Part shown: piece by piece, positions 45,041-56,667 of the stretch
Layout of the letters: the number at the start of each line of letters is the position of its first letter
Numbering within the stretch: position 1 is the first letter of the stretch
DNA from: Thecamonas trahens ATCC 50062
Lineage: Eukaryota; Protista; Apusomonadida
Reading direction: 5' to 3'
NCBI RefSeq assembly: GCF_000142905.1
Contig: NW_013657656.1
Location: forward strand, 1 to 64,000
Length of the DNA stretch: 64,000 nt
Made by a program: the position numbers and the translations under genes
Notes under the pieces: generated by a model
What the model was told of the DNA's origin: nothing
The model's input: only the letters and a program-made list of their open reading frames with translations
Databases searched by the model: none

Positions 45041-47436
45041 ATGACCACCCCTGCTGACATTGCACGCGAGCTGAGTCACCTCCGAGAGATGATGGCTACA
45101 GGCCTAGCTGAGCTCCGTTCTGAACTCGCTGCTCTCCGCTCGGCTGACGCCTCGGTCATGTCCCGTCTCGACGCCCTGGAACGTGTCGTCGCTGCACCCC
45201 CGTCAGACACGCCGGCTCCGCCATCGACTGCACCCGCTTCAACCCCTGCGCCCGCTCCAACTCCTGCGCATGCCTCACTCCCTCCGGCCGCCGCCGCCGA
45301 TGACGCCATCCGCCACGCTGCAGAGATCCAGGCCAAGGCGCTGTACGATGAAGCTGATGCCCGTGCTCGCGCACGCAACGCCGAGAGGCACGTCGAGTGT
45401 GTCCAGTGCGGCATCGAGTTCTTCCCGGCCTTTGCCACCCCAACGACTGCAAGCACCACGCTCTTCCCTTTACCTCGGTCGGTACACGCTACGTCTACCC
45501 GTGCTGCGGCGCCGAGTTCCGCCATGCCCGCGAGGCCGAGTTTTCTCCGGGCTGTGTCCGCAGTGAGCACGCCGAGTTCCACCACAATCGCATCTCCTAC
45601 CACACGCACACCTCGTGGCTCAGCTCCGTCCGCAAATCTCCGCTCTCTCACGAGTGGTTCCACTTTGCCGTCCCCGATATCGCCTCCGGCTCGCCCAAGT
45701 TTGTCGTCGTCGGCACCTCGCGCGCCGGGCGCTCCGCCTCGGACACCACTCCGTCCATCTTTATCGCTGCTGGCCGCGGCCTCGCCTCTTGGGGCTCGCG
45801 CATGGCTATGTTCTCTGCCTCGGATCTCGATGCCCTTGTATCTGCCGCTGCTGCGGCAGACACCGAACGAGCCATTGCTCTTACCCTTGCCTCAGAGTCC
45901 GGCTCTGACTCTCAGCCGTGGTCCATTTCGGTCAGCATCTCCCGCGCCGCCGGCCCAGCCGCTGGCATTGCCACCTACGTCGTCACTGCTGCTGTCGCCC
46001 TGGCCACCCTCACCGAGCCCACCCTCATCACCTTTCCGTTCCAGGTTACCACCGACTCGCCTGCCGACGCCGACGCCGACGCCGACGCCGAAGCCGAAGC
46101 CGACACTGGTGATGACGACACCAGCGCCACCATCAACGCTTCCGCATCGTTCATCCCGCTCGCCGATGCACCCTCAGTCTCCAACGCGCCACTTCTGCCG
46201 TCTGACAAGCTCGCCAAGCTCGACCACGACGCCCTCGCCGCCTCGATCCCGCCGCCGCTCGTCGATGGCACCCCGATTGCAGACGACCCACCGCCACCGC
46301 TCACCATCCACAAGTCTTCCGGCTCGTCCGAGCTCCGCATCAAGGCTGCCGAGGTGAGCGAGGTCAGCCAGAGCCTCGGCTCCGACTCGTTTGTCAACTT
46401 TTTCACCATCCCGCTCAAGATTATGAACCCGAGCTCGTCCAAGCTCGCTGTCGTCGATGCCTCCGCCTTTTACCTTGATGCTTCCGGCGCCGCCGTCCCG
46501 GTCGAGAGCCTCCAATTTGCCGCCTCGGACGCCGCCACCTGGGAAGACTCGCTCGGCCTCACCCTCGACACTATGGGCGTCGCCCAGATCAAGGCGCGCC
46601 TCGGCATCCGAGTTGCCGGCGCCTGCGGGTCAACCTATGCGCTGCGCGCCCGCGCCGCGCCCTCGCTCCCGCAGCCACTTACCCTGCGCCTCCTCGTCGA
46701 GGACATCATGGGCGAGGATGTGGCCATCGACGTCGAGTACGCCAACTCGCAACTCGGGCTCATCACCAAGGAGTCGTGGGAAAAGTCCAACTCGCTCGCC
46801 GCCCTCGCCTTTGTCTACGCAGACGCCTGCGCTGCCATGACCCGCCACTACGTCGCCATCGCTCGCGCCAACCGTGCCTACGTGCTCGCTACCTCACACA
46901 GCACTCGGTTTACCCTCGACGACGCCAAACTCAATGTCATGGCCTTCAACGCCCATTGCACCAACTCCGAGGTCCTCGACTTGCCCAACATGTCGCTCAC
47001 CTCGGATGAAGCCACCACCGAGTTTGCCGCCCTCGTTCATGACCCGGCTCACCTTGGTCCGGTCTACGGCTTCCGAGTCACGATCACTACCCCCGACATG
47101 CGTCGGGTCGAGCACATCGCACTCCCGCCCATCCCGAGCAAGCCCGAGCTGCTCCGCCTCGACTCGTCCTCCATCCAGCGCGGCCAGTACGCCACTTGCG
47201 CCTACCACATCAACGAGCTGCACACCGGTGACTGGTTCGCCGTCGTCGTCGCCGGAACCTTGTCCAACAACTCGGCAGGCAGCTTTTGGTACGAGCATCC
47301 TGACCCATCCGCTGCGGACAGCGGCACCATCGACTTTGTCGCACCAGACAAGCCCGGCGAGTACCGCCTCCGCTTCTTCCCCAACTCACAGCTCACGACC
47401 CACACCGTCGAGTCGGACATCTTTGCTGTCCTGTAA
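45041..47436 (+). CDS. Hypothetical ~798-aa protein (coiled coil, Cys/His zinc-binding module, C-terminal SKICH-like beta sandwich); frameshift at 45438-45441
   Basis: C4 to C5 gives CVQCGIEFFPAFATPNDCKHH...YPCCG...GCVRSEH. C-terminal DWFAVV...GTIDFVAPDKPGEYRLRFF. Confidence 0.7.
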
Positions 47437-47440
47437 CTAC

Positions 47441-47813
47441 TCACTCGTTCAACCCCTCGTTCGCCGGGACGATCCGGCTCGACTGCGCCCGCGAAAGATT
47501 GCGCGGCGACGACCGCGAGTCTGTTGTCGGGTTGGCTCGCCGAGCTACCTGACACGACGGGCTAGTTTTGTGGGGTATCGCCACCGCGCTCTCGTCATCA
47601 AGGCTGCTGGCACTTGCCTCTGCCTTGTTGACATCGGTGTCGACATCGAGGAGGTCACCACCTCGTCCGAGGTCGAGATCAACGGCGAGGTGCAGTCGGT
47701 CAACAACCTGGTTGGCCACTCGATCGAGCCGTACACCGTCCACGAGGAAAACAAATTGTCATGGCGCTCGCCACCAGGGCGAGTACAAGGAGAAAGAGAG
47801 GGATAGGGATCAT
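47441..47813 (-). CDS. Possible small signal-peptide or membrane-anchored protein (needs an indel near 47748-47751)
   Basis: MIPIPLFLLVLALVASAMTICF is followed, in another frame, by LVDGVRLDRVANQVVDRL...EGLNE*. Confidence 0.3.
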
Positions 47814-47919
47814 GTGGAGAGTGTAGCAATGGAATGGTGGCAGAGATTGCGTGTAGGCTGGCTTTGGGTGATGTGTGTGGGGAAAGAGATGAGTGGTAGA
47901 TCGGACAGGTGGTGGCGGA

Positions 47920-48557
47920 TTACAGCCCGACGACCGAAGACGATCCGGGGATGTGGCCCGAGTAGGTGGCCGAGTAGTGGGTGCGGAGGTAGCGCAGGGT
48001 GTCAGAGACATGAGCTTGTTGATCGGCACCGAGAAGGTCGGCCACCGGTGGGGCGGAGGCGATGTCCTGAGAGGTACGCTCGACATGAACGTCGACCTCA
48101 TGCGGGAGCGCGGCGGCAACTGCGGTTGGCTTGCCCATCTTCTCGGAGACTTCGAGCTCAAGGGCGGTGAGGTGCTGGTCTGTGGCAGTGGCGTGACCCT
48201 GGCCATCAAACTGGGTAGCGAAGCGATGATCAGCGTACTCACCAGACTGGACAGAGCGGACGTGCTTGGCGCCGGGGACGTGGCCGGCGTAGCCCGCGAT
48301 GCGGCCCTTGGTGCCGGTGGAAAGTAGCGCACATCGCGATGGCGGAACCGAGACCGGCGCTGGCGGCGCTGATACTCGACATCACCCTTCTCGTACTCGG
48401 CACGGAGCTTGGTTCTGGCCAGCTCGGCCTCCTTCTCGTTGGCCACATGTGCTTCGTAGTTGCGAATCCAAGCGCGGGCGATCCGCTCCTCGCGAACAAT
48501 CGAGTCGCTGAGGATCTGGTCCTCAGCCCATGTCGCCGGAAGATGCCGTCCGCTCAT
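47920..48557 (-). CDS. Putative ciliary microtubule inner protein (GYxGH[VI]PG motifs); frameshift at 48321-48323
   Basis: N-terminal WAEDQILSDSIVREERIARAWIRNY. After +1 T: RYFSTGTKGRIAGYAGHVPGAK...TYSGHIPGSSSVVGL*. Confidence 0.65.
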
Positions 48558-48949
48558 GTTGCTGCAAGTTCAAGCCTTGGATCTCCGCGCACGAAGAGTC
48601 TGCAGATCACGAGCTAGTGCGAGTGTGGGCAGTGTGTGCCAGCCGTGCCGAGCCGAGTCAAGCCTTTGTCTGACAGGGACCGTCGGCTTGGTACAGGCAA
48701 AGCGTCCAAGTGAGAGCAAGAGGTACCAAGCAAGGCAACAACCAAAGCTCGAGTGCTATACCAGCCGTACGTAGCAGCGCGAGTGTGTAGTCGCTGTCGA
48801 CTCTGAAGCGATCTCTATGTTCCCGGTCGAGTGCGGTAGTCGGTTGAGTCGAGTGCGAGTACCAACGGTCAAACGGCCACGATGGAAACAATTGGTGGCG
48901 AAGCGGACGAGCAGGTCAAAGTGGACGAACGAGGCGAACGGGAAGAACG

Positions 48950-49012
48950 GGCGAATGGGGCGAATGGGGCGAATGGGGCGAATGGGGGCGAATGGGGGCG
49001 AATGGGGCGAAC
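48950..49012 (+). repeat. Tandem GAATGGGG(G)C repeat, 9-10 bp period
   Basis: About 6 copies in a divergent intergenic region. Confidence 0.9.
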
Positions 49013-49110
49013 GGGTGATGTAGAAGTGTGCTGGTTGGCATGTCGGTTGCGTGGCGGATACTGGGTAGGGACGGAGAGGGCACCACTCGAGTCTGGGCCT
49101 GGTAGTCAGT

Positions 49111-49962
49111 ATGGACGAGGCTCTGGCGGCAGAGGCCGTGAGAAAGACCAACAAGGCGGCGGCGGGAAAGGTTGCTGCTGCGGTCCGCGTTCTGGACTTG
49201 TCCATGATGGGCATTGACATCCTGCCTGTTCTGGTTCCACGTCGCGGCGAGAGTGATGACGGTGGTGATGGTGGCGATGGCGATGGTGATAACGATGGCA
49301 GTGGCGGTGGGGATAGTCAGCAGGGATCAGTACCTGGCACTCCGCGGAGTGGGCTGGTGGGAGAGGACGGCGAGGGTGAGCAGGGCAAGGAGGTCGACGA
49401 CGATGACAGCCAGCTGGCGGCGTCAGTCGAGGTCATCAATCTCCATGGAAATGCTCTGACCGCGAGCATGATCGATGCCGGTATCGGCGGCTGGCTGGAG
49501 TGGTGCGGTGGGGTGGCGGTTCTTGTTGAGCTCTTTCTCTCGGCCAACTTGCTCGAGAGCGTCCCGGACGTGGTGTGCTCCATCGAGACGCTCGAGACGC
49601 TCTCGCTCGCCCACAACGCCATCGCCGAGCTGCCAGACCGCTTGGCTCGATTGGCTAGGTTGCGCAGCTTGGACGTGAGTCACAACAAGCTGGATGCGGT
49701 GCCGGCGCGGATCGCGGCGCTGCCTGTACTCAACGAGCTCCGGTGCGATGGCAACACCGGACTCGCCGCCGCGTTGCCGCCTGGCCTGGTCGACGACACC
49801 TCAACTGAGGGGCAGACGGCCCTCATTGCATACCTCCGTGGCGACCACGAGCCTGCTGCCACAGTGACTGTCGTCGTGGCGACCGAGAACAACTCGCCTG
49901 CTCAACATCGATGCTGGGCGTATGCGCGGTGCTCGTGCAAAGTTGCTGCAGCGTGGAAGTGA
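49111..49962 (+). CDS. Leucine-rich-repeat protein
   Basis: LxxLxLxxNxL repeats: LVELFLSANLLESVP, LETLSLAHNAIAELP, LRSLDVSHNKLDAVP. Confidence 0.82.
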   Translation: MDEALAAEAVRKTNKAAAGKVAAAVRVLDLSMMGIDILPVLVPRRGESDDGGDGGDGDGDNDGSGGGDSQQGSVPGTPRSGLVGEDGEGEQGKEVDDDDSQLAASVEVINLHGNALTASMIDAGIGGWLEWCGGVAVLVELFLSANLLESVPDVVCSIETLETLSLAHNAIAELPDRLARLARLRSLDVSHNKLDAVPARIAALPVLNELRCDGNTGLAAALPPGLVDDTSTEGQTALIAYLRGDHEPAATVTVVVATENNSPAQHRCWAYARCSCKVAAAWK

Positions 49963-50517
49963 CCGCTGTCAGAGTCGCTGGCTGGCCAGCGAGCCGAAAT
50001 GAAAGTTCCTTTTGCCAACGTGGCCTCCTACGGCAAGTTTAACGCACTCATACACTGGACTTAGAGCCGTCTAATCGTCGCTGACCCGTTCGAACTACTC
50101 GATCCGACGAGTGTGACGTCGCAAGTCATTGCGACTCGCCAAGCCGCACGAAGATTTCGAGCCAGAAACGCTGTGGCGAAAGGCATCATCTCTCTCTGAC
50201 CTCACGCGTCGACTAACGCTGCGACCAGCGACAGATTCACACATTGTACGTACTCATAACTCCACCGTTACTCTGCGCATGCCATGAGGAATGAGATGCC
50301 TGCAGTTGGCCAGCGTGCTGCTTCCTGCGACAATTGCAAAAACGCAAAACGCGCATGTTCCATTGCAGTTTTTCCCCAAAAAGTGCACACTGAATGAGAG
50401 GGCAAAAGCGAGCAACGCAATCATCTTTATTCTGTCGCATCCAACTCACCACAGCTCTCTCTTCAAACACACCCACGCACAATCGCAGACACAGCCACAG
50501 CCACAGACACAGGTGCC

Positions 50518-51714
50518 ATGCCATCAAACACTCAGATCAATGCCCAGACCGAGGCCCATCGCATGGGCGAGATGTTCCCGCGCGTCACAAGCTCCCGCAT
50601 CCGCCACACACCCGACTTTCGCCTGCGGAACGTTATCAATGCCACGCACGACAAGATGCAGAACAACATCCGTCAGATTGCCTCTGCGGACGAGGCTGCG
50701 GAGCAGAACGAGGCTGTTGACGCGAAGGCGAAATACTCCGGCCGGACCAAGTTTCTGCACTTCTTGACTGGTCACACAAGCATCGTCATCAACACCGACA
50801 GCGACAGCGACAGCGACAGCGACAGCAACAGCGACAACAACAACGACAGCGAGTCGACCTTTGCCTGCTACTCGGACTCGGGTTTGGATTCAAACTGCGT
50901 GACACCGGCCATGATGGCGATGTCGGCGGCTTCAAGCAGCGGATCGGACCATGCTCCCGAGGGAGAGCCGGCCATGGGCCTCGAGACTCCCACTGTCCCT
51001 GATGGCGGACTTTCGAGCTCAGAGTCGATCTGCAATGCACATGGCGCCCAGGACTCGACCATGTCCACCACCTCTTTCTACTCTGCCTCTTACTCGTCAG
51101 CTTTCACGATGAGCGCATACTCTGTGTCATCCTACTCGGCATCGTCCGACTCGTCGTCGTCCGGTGCTGACGACTCGGATCAGGCGCCGCAGTTGCTCTC
51201 GATCCCTACAGCGGGCGGGATGCGGGCAAGCAGCAGCTCATCATCCGACGACGCGTGCTCGTCTGGCACCCCACCAGCTCCCTCGCCTTCCGCAGTCAAC
51301 CCTTCATCGCCATGCCCCGTTCGGGCTGATGGCGGTGAGGCAATGCCAGCGCCATGTGTTGCAGCGGCGTCACCACCGCCACACCGGCACGGAGCGCGCG
51401 CCGCTTCGGTGGTTGAGGTGACGGAGACTGCCGAGGTGAACGTCGTGGAGATCAAGCCGCTCGCGACGCGCAAGCGCAAGCGCGTCGCGGATCCTTTCGA
51501 CCAGTCTGTTGTGGTTAAGAAGCGCCTATCGCTGTATCACTCCTTCTCCTGTAACTCTGCAACTTCCGCTGGCTGGATCTGCGTCCCGGCCTCTGCCCGT
51601 GCCGCCGATCTGGAGCAAGTCATCGCCAGCCTTCACAGCCTCCTGGCAAGCAAGCGTGCTGACGAGTCGGCTGCTAGCTGCCTCCTCAGCTTGCGCACTG
51701 AGGCCAAGCGCTAA
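50518..51714 (+). CDS. Hypothetical Ser/Asp-rich, probably nuclear protein
   Basis: 398-aa ATG ORF with DS repeats and an NLS-like RKRKR. Confidence 0.6.
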   Translation: MPSNTQINAQTEAHRMGEMFPRVTSSRIRHTPDFRLRNVINATHDKMQNNIRQIASADEAAEQNEAVDAKAKYSGRTKFLHFLTGHTSIVINTDSDSDSDSDSNSDNNNDSESTFACYSDSGLDSNCVTPAMMAMSAASSSGSDHAPEGEPAMGLETPTVPDGGLSSSESICNAHGAQDSTMSTTSFYSASYSSAFTMSAYSVSSYSASSDSSSSGADDSDQAPQLLSIPTAGGMRASSSSSSDDACSSGTPPAPSPSAVNPSSPCPVRADGGEAMPAPCVAAASPPPHRHGARAASVVEVTETAEVNVVEIKPLATRKRKRVADPFDQSVVVKKRLSLYHSFSCNSATSAGWICVPASARAADLEQVIASLHSLLASKRADESAASCLLSLRTEAKR

Positions 51715-52017
51715 GCGCAAACGTAAACTGCTCAATCCCACTTTATGATTCGGCCGCCATAAGCTTAAACCAGGCGTAAACCGATTGATGCAAGCACACA
51801 AACATGCGGCGCGTCTCGCCGGCAACATTCTGTTTAGCCAGAGCTGCCAAGACTTGCGAATTCTCACCCAATCTGCTGCAAGAGGTACGTGTGCAAAAGG
51901 TGCGAAAGGCCCGCACCGTGACACGAAATTGATGCCATCTTGAGAATAGTGGCGAGCGACGCGACACCAATACCACCACCACCTTACCGCCAGGACGGGA
52001 GGACGCCCCACGCTGTC

Positions 52018-53560
52018 ATGGAGGTATGTCGTGTCGTTCCATGTGTGGCCATGTGTGTGTATGCGTGCGTGTGTGGAGGGGCTGAGTGGCGGGGCGGGAG
52101 TTGTTGCGGGGCCGGTGGCCGTGGTGCTGGCGTCCGCAAGGACGGCGTGCCGCCCACGTGGTAGACAGACGGCTCGCACCACCAGGCGATGTGCGACTGA
52201 CAGCGTTGGGTGGATATGGATGCAGGTCGTGTGGAGAGGAAGGAAGGCGTTCGCCGACAAGGTGGCTTCGGTTGGCGGAGAGCGTGTGCGCAAGATCACC
52301 ATTGGACTCGGCTCGCCGCCGATGAGTGCTCGGGTGCATATGGAGGCTGTTGACGACAACGCTGTGCGAGTGATGGCAAGCCTCTGTCCGTACCTGACTG
52401 CTATCGAGCTGCATGGATGCGACGGCGTGACGAATGCGGGACTCTTGGCGCTGGCTCACGGTGCTGAAATGCTCGAGCGTGTGTCCCTCCCGAGCGGCCG
52501 CAACATCACCGCGAAAGGGCTGGCGGCACTCGCGGCCTGCCGCTCGCTGAAGGAGGTCCGGATCTCATGGGCGGAGCACCTTGGTGACGACGCGCTGGAA
52601 GCATTGGCAGAGTGCACAAGCTTGACTACTATCTCGCTCGACGCGTGCACAGGGGTGGGCGATGCCGGCGTAGCAGCGTTGGCGAGCGGCTGCGGCTCGG
52701 CGCTAACCTCGATTACGCTCTCCGGGTGCGATCAGGTGGCCGACGGAGGCCTGCAGGCGCTTGCAGACGGATGCCCCCGGTTGACAAGCATTGTGGCGTC
52801 ATCGTGTCCCAGTGTGACTAGCGCGGGCATCATCGCGCTTGCGGACAGCTGTCCTCAGCTCACAGCAGTCGACGTCTCCGACTGCGAGCGTGTCGGGGAC
52901 GAGGCGCTGGCGGCACTGGCGATCGGGTGTCCCCGCCTCGAGACGCTGCGAGTGGCGATGTGCCCAAGCGTGAGCGCGGCCGGCCTTCGTAAGGTTGTGG
53001 ATGGGTGCAGCGCACTGCGAGTGCTGGATGTGACCGACTGCGCGCGGATTGACGACGAGGCGCTGGCGGTTCTGGGTGGGTGCCGCGCGCTCGCGCATCT
53101 TGACCTTTCCCGCTGCACACAGATCACCGGGTCGGGTCTAGCGGCGCTAGCGCACGGCAGCGCTGCGCTCGCCAAGATCAGCCTGGAAGGATGCACCCAG
53201 GTGTGCGACGCAGTGCTTGATGTTGTCGCGCGCTCGCTGCCGTCTGTAACCGCGCTCGATCTGACCGACTGCCACCAAGTGACCGACAACGGCGTCGAGG
53301 CGCTCGCCAGTGGGTGTCCGGGCCTGGTGGATGTGAATCTGACGGCGTGCGCCAAGGTGACGGATCAGGGCATCATCTCGGTCGCGGACGGATGCAGCGG
53401 GTTGGAGCGGATCTCGTTCCTCCAGTGTCCGCTCGTGACGGACGCCAGCGTTCGCGCGCTACTGGTTCTGAAGCGGATAACCGTCATTGACGCTCGAGAC
53501 TCGGGTGTGACGCCCACGATGGAGCTGCGACTCGAAAACGATGGTCTATGTGCATTGTAG
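52018..53560 (+). CDS. Cys-containing LRR protein (FBXL/AMN1-type repeats); intron 52024-52225
   Basis: About 15 repeats of LxxLxLxxCxxVxDxGLxALAxxC. ATGGAG|GTATGT...GCAG|GTC is in frame. No F-box is visible. Confidence 0.85.
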
Positions 53561-53622
53561 CGTAGTTAGCGTTGAAAGACTGCCGATCGGCACACTTGTC
53601 TTTGAGCCCATTGCTGTCTTTG

Positions 53623-54462
53623 ATGGATGCGAGCACGATGACCGACGCTGATGAGCCGCGGCTTGTCTACACTTTGCCCGTGGTCATTGTGGGCGCGGGC
53701 GAGCTCAATTTGGAGACGCTGGACCAGTTCCTGGCAGCGGCCGGAGACGAGCGATGCGGCGCAGTGGACGAGGCGAGCTCGACTCGGCACGGGGAGCGTG
53801 TGGCGATTGTGGCTGTAGACGGCGGAATGGATGCAATAGCGCAGGCTCGACCTCATCTGGCGGTTGACGCGCTTGTTGGCGATCTGGACTCTGTTTCCGA
53901 CGCCGCCGAGTGGAAAGCGGCGGGCGTGCGGGTGGTCGGCTTGACCGAACAGGATACGACCGATTGCCACAAGGTGCTGCGGGTGGTACATGCGCCACTA
54001 GCGCTCATGGTCGGGTTCGAGGGGCGGCGGGTGGATCACTTGCTTGCTGCACTGTCTGCAGTGGCTTCGGCGGAGCAGCGAGCGGTCATGGCTGTCGGAA
54101 CCGACCTTGCCTTTCGCTTGCCGGCCGCGGACAGTGGCGAGTCGTTTGCCATCGACCTGCCGCCGACCACCCGGTTCTCGCTCTTTCCGCTCGGCCATGT
54201 CGCCGGGCTGGTATCTACGGGCCTACAGTGGCCGCTTGATGGGATAGTCTTTGCGCCTGCCGGCATGCTCGGCACCTCGAACGCGGTGGTGGCCGGCTCG
54301 GACTCGGTTGGCACCTTGGCCCAGGACGACGGCCAGGCGGTCACTGTCCGCATCACCGCGACCGAAGCGACCGGACCAATGCTGGTCATTCTTGGTCTCG
54401 CTCACCTCGATGCGGCAATGGTGTCGCTGATGCGAGCAGGTCGTGAGTGCGATGAAGCATAG
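53623..54462 (+). CDS. thiN: Thiamine pyrophosphokinase (bacterial ThiN-like)
   Basis: VAVDGG, VGDLDSV, EQDTTDCHK, GRRVDH, FSLFPL, GLQWPL, GTSN. Confidence 0.88.
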   Translation: MDASTMTDADEPRLVYTLPVVIVGAGELNLETLDQFLAAAGDERCGAVDEASSTRHGERVAIVAVDGGMDAIAQARPHLAVDALVGDLDSVSDAAEWKAAGVRVVGLTEQDTTDCHKVLRVVHAPLALMVGFEGRRVDHLLAALSAVASAEQRAVMAVGTDLAFRLPAADSGESFAIDLPPTTRFSLFPLGHVAGLVSTGLQWPLDGIVFAPAGMLGTSNAVVAGSDSVGTLAQDDGQAVTVRITATEATGPMLVILGLAHLDAAMVSLMRAGRECDEA

Positions 54463-54652
54463 TGCGCCGCGGAGTAGCCGCGAGTCGACGGCAGCGAAAG
54501 GAGGACATGTTGCTCCAGCGGATCAGTAGCGGTGCATTTGTGAGTGTGGGGAAGCGGCAGGTTGGTCTTGACCACGTGGAACGCTCGGCTGGGACGAGGG
54601 CGGCCGAGTTGGTTGCGCCAAGGTGGTGTGGGTGAACCAGAGTCGGACGTAA

Positions 54653-54800
54653 GGGTGCATGGATCAAGAGCATCTCCACCCGTGATGGCCCATGTGTGCA
54701 CGGTGCGGGGCCATGTATCGCTGGCAGGGGTGCATGGATCAAGAGCATCCACACCCGTGATGGCCCATGTGTGCATAGTGCGGGGCCATGTATCTTTGGC
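54653..54800. repeat. Tandem duplication of a 75-bp unit (2 copies)
   Basis: gggtgcatggatcaagagcatc...ggggccatgtatc starts at 54653 and again at 54728, with few mismatches. Confidence 0.92.
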
Positions 54801-55189
54801 ATAATTCGCTGGTCGTGTCCGTTGTGTGCCCCCTCTTTTTGCGGTTAACGCTAACAAGTGTGACGTCTTGTCCCGATCCAGAAGTGCGACACCGTTGCTC
54901 ACGGCTCACCAGAGCCTGTGCAACCGCCCACACTCGACTACCATGCTTTCTTTGTACGTCTGCACCAGCTACCGACTGCGTCTACTGTCTGCGATATCTG
55001 CATCGGTCTGTCTCGTCGTTGCTGGTGTGAGCTGAGGCGTGGGGTTGCCCTCGGCGCGCAAGTCGAGCACGCGCTGCGGCACCTCGCGCTGTTTTCTATT
55101 TGCGGCCGACGACACACACGCTCTCTCACAATCACTCACACGCACCACCATGCTTGCGGCCTGCGGTCTGATACTGGGCCTGTGGTCTG

Positions 55190-56667
55190 ATGTTGGGCGC
55201 GGAGGATGACAGGTCGGACGCCGCCTCGGCAAATTCATCAGATGCAGATGCAAACGTCGACGAGTACGATAACGCCAGATCGGACGACATGCAGTCCGAC
55301 TCGTCGAGCTTTACCAGCAACGAGTTTTCGCCAAAATACCCATCGAGTGCGCAAGACTCGGGTCCCGGAACTGGCGTGGTGAGCATGGTTGTCGAGCACT
55401 CACAGCCGACTCCGCTGACAGCATCTTCATGGCCGGAACTGCCACACTCTCCACCGCCACCGCCGCCACCACCACCACCGCCGCCGCCAGCGGCGTTGAG
55501 CCCCCAAATCTTGGCGATGCCGCCACCGCAGCAAGTTGGGAGCCCTTGGCCGATTGCGTACGAGCGGCATGATGCAAGCGGCAAAGGGAAGGGCAACGTT
55601 GGAGCTGGAGGCAGTGGCAGTGGTAGTGGCAGTGGCAAGGACAAGCGCAAGCGTATGCGAAAGGGCAAGAACAAGAGCAAGCGCGGTCAAGAGCAGAAGC
55701 AGAAGCATGCACGCGACGCCGATGCCGATGCCGAGGCGGGTGATCGCAGAAGCGTTCCGCACGTACCATCCGCGATGGCGGCGGATCCGGCTGCGATGGC
55801 GGCGAAGCCGATCGCAGCTAGCGCGTTCGTCATGGTCGAGCCAGCAGCTGTAGCAGCTGCAGCAGCGTCAACGGCATCAGACGCGTCCTCGTCTGACGAG
55901 TCGACATCGTCGGAGAAGCCCCCGCGCAAGCGCACACGGAAGTCGGTGACATCGCGGCGCACTTCAGTACGGCTACGGTGGGGGACGCGCAATGCGCAGG
56001 CACAGAAAAGAGATGAAGCACACGAGCGTGCGGAGCGGGCGGCATTGCGGGCGGCGTCGAAGGAAACTGCCACGCGCAAGGGCCGCTCCCGCCGGCGGGC
56101 GCCGACAAAGCCCCGGCGTCGAGTGGCACACGTTGAGAAGGATGCGGCGACAGCGCAGGCGCACATGCACCTTCTGAGCGAGATTGCGGGGCCGTACTTT
56201 GGCGATTGCGGGCTGGTGCCCGGCGTCGAGATTGCACCCGCGCAGTCGCAGGGCGGGGAGCGGCCGCGTCAGCGATCGCCCATCCCATACCCACCTGCCC
56301 AGGCTGCCGCCGATGACGATGCTGAGGAGAGTGATCGGGCGTTGTCGGCCACCAGCGACGCCGTCACCAGTGGCGAGACGAGCGATGGCGATGCCGCCGC
56401 GTCATCGTCGGCATCCGCTGAACTGACTACCGGCGCGCCGCTGCCTCAACCCCCGCCCAGGCCTTCACGGGCCTGGGCGACATGTGCCTCCAGACTCGGT
56501 CCGATGGACAAGGGGTGATCGGACTCAGCCAGTTCCACATTGCCCCACATCTAGTGCCCAACCTCTCTGTCCCGTTCACGCTCGAGTTCTCTGCGAGCTA
56601 CCCCAGCGGCCAGCCAGCGTTCTCGTACCGGATCAGCACGCATCCGGCCGCCCACCCCGCGCCCTAA
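55190..56667 (+). CDS. Hypothetical low-complexity basic protein; frameshift at 56450-56454
   Basis: ORF 55190-56518 joins ORF 56482-56667 with C5 to C6 (AQAFTGLGDMCLQ...FTLEFSASY...). Poly-Pro and K/R-rich stretches. Confidence 0.55.

Noticed and set aside
47560-47760. Plus-strand segment EEVTTSSEVEINGEVQSVNNLVGH as a second TCTP-like fragment
   Set aside because: No start codon or other TCTP motifs. It is better explained as the antisense of the minus-strand frame.
53560-54800. TPP riboswitch near the thiamine pyrophosphokinase gene
   Set aside because: The repeat starts with GGGTGC but the CTGAGA and CCTGAT...AATGC cores are absent.
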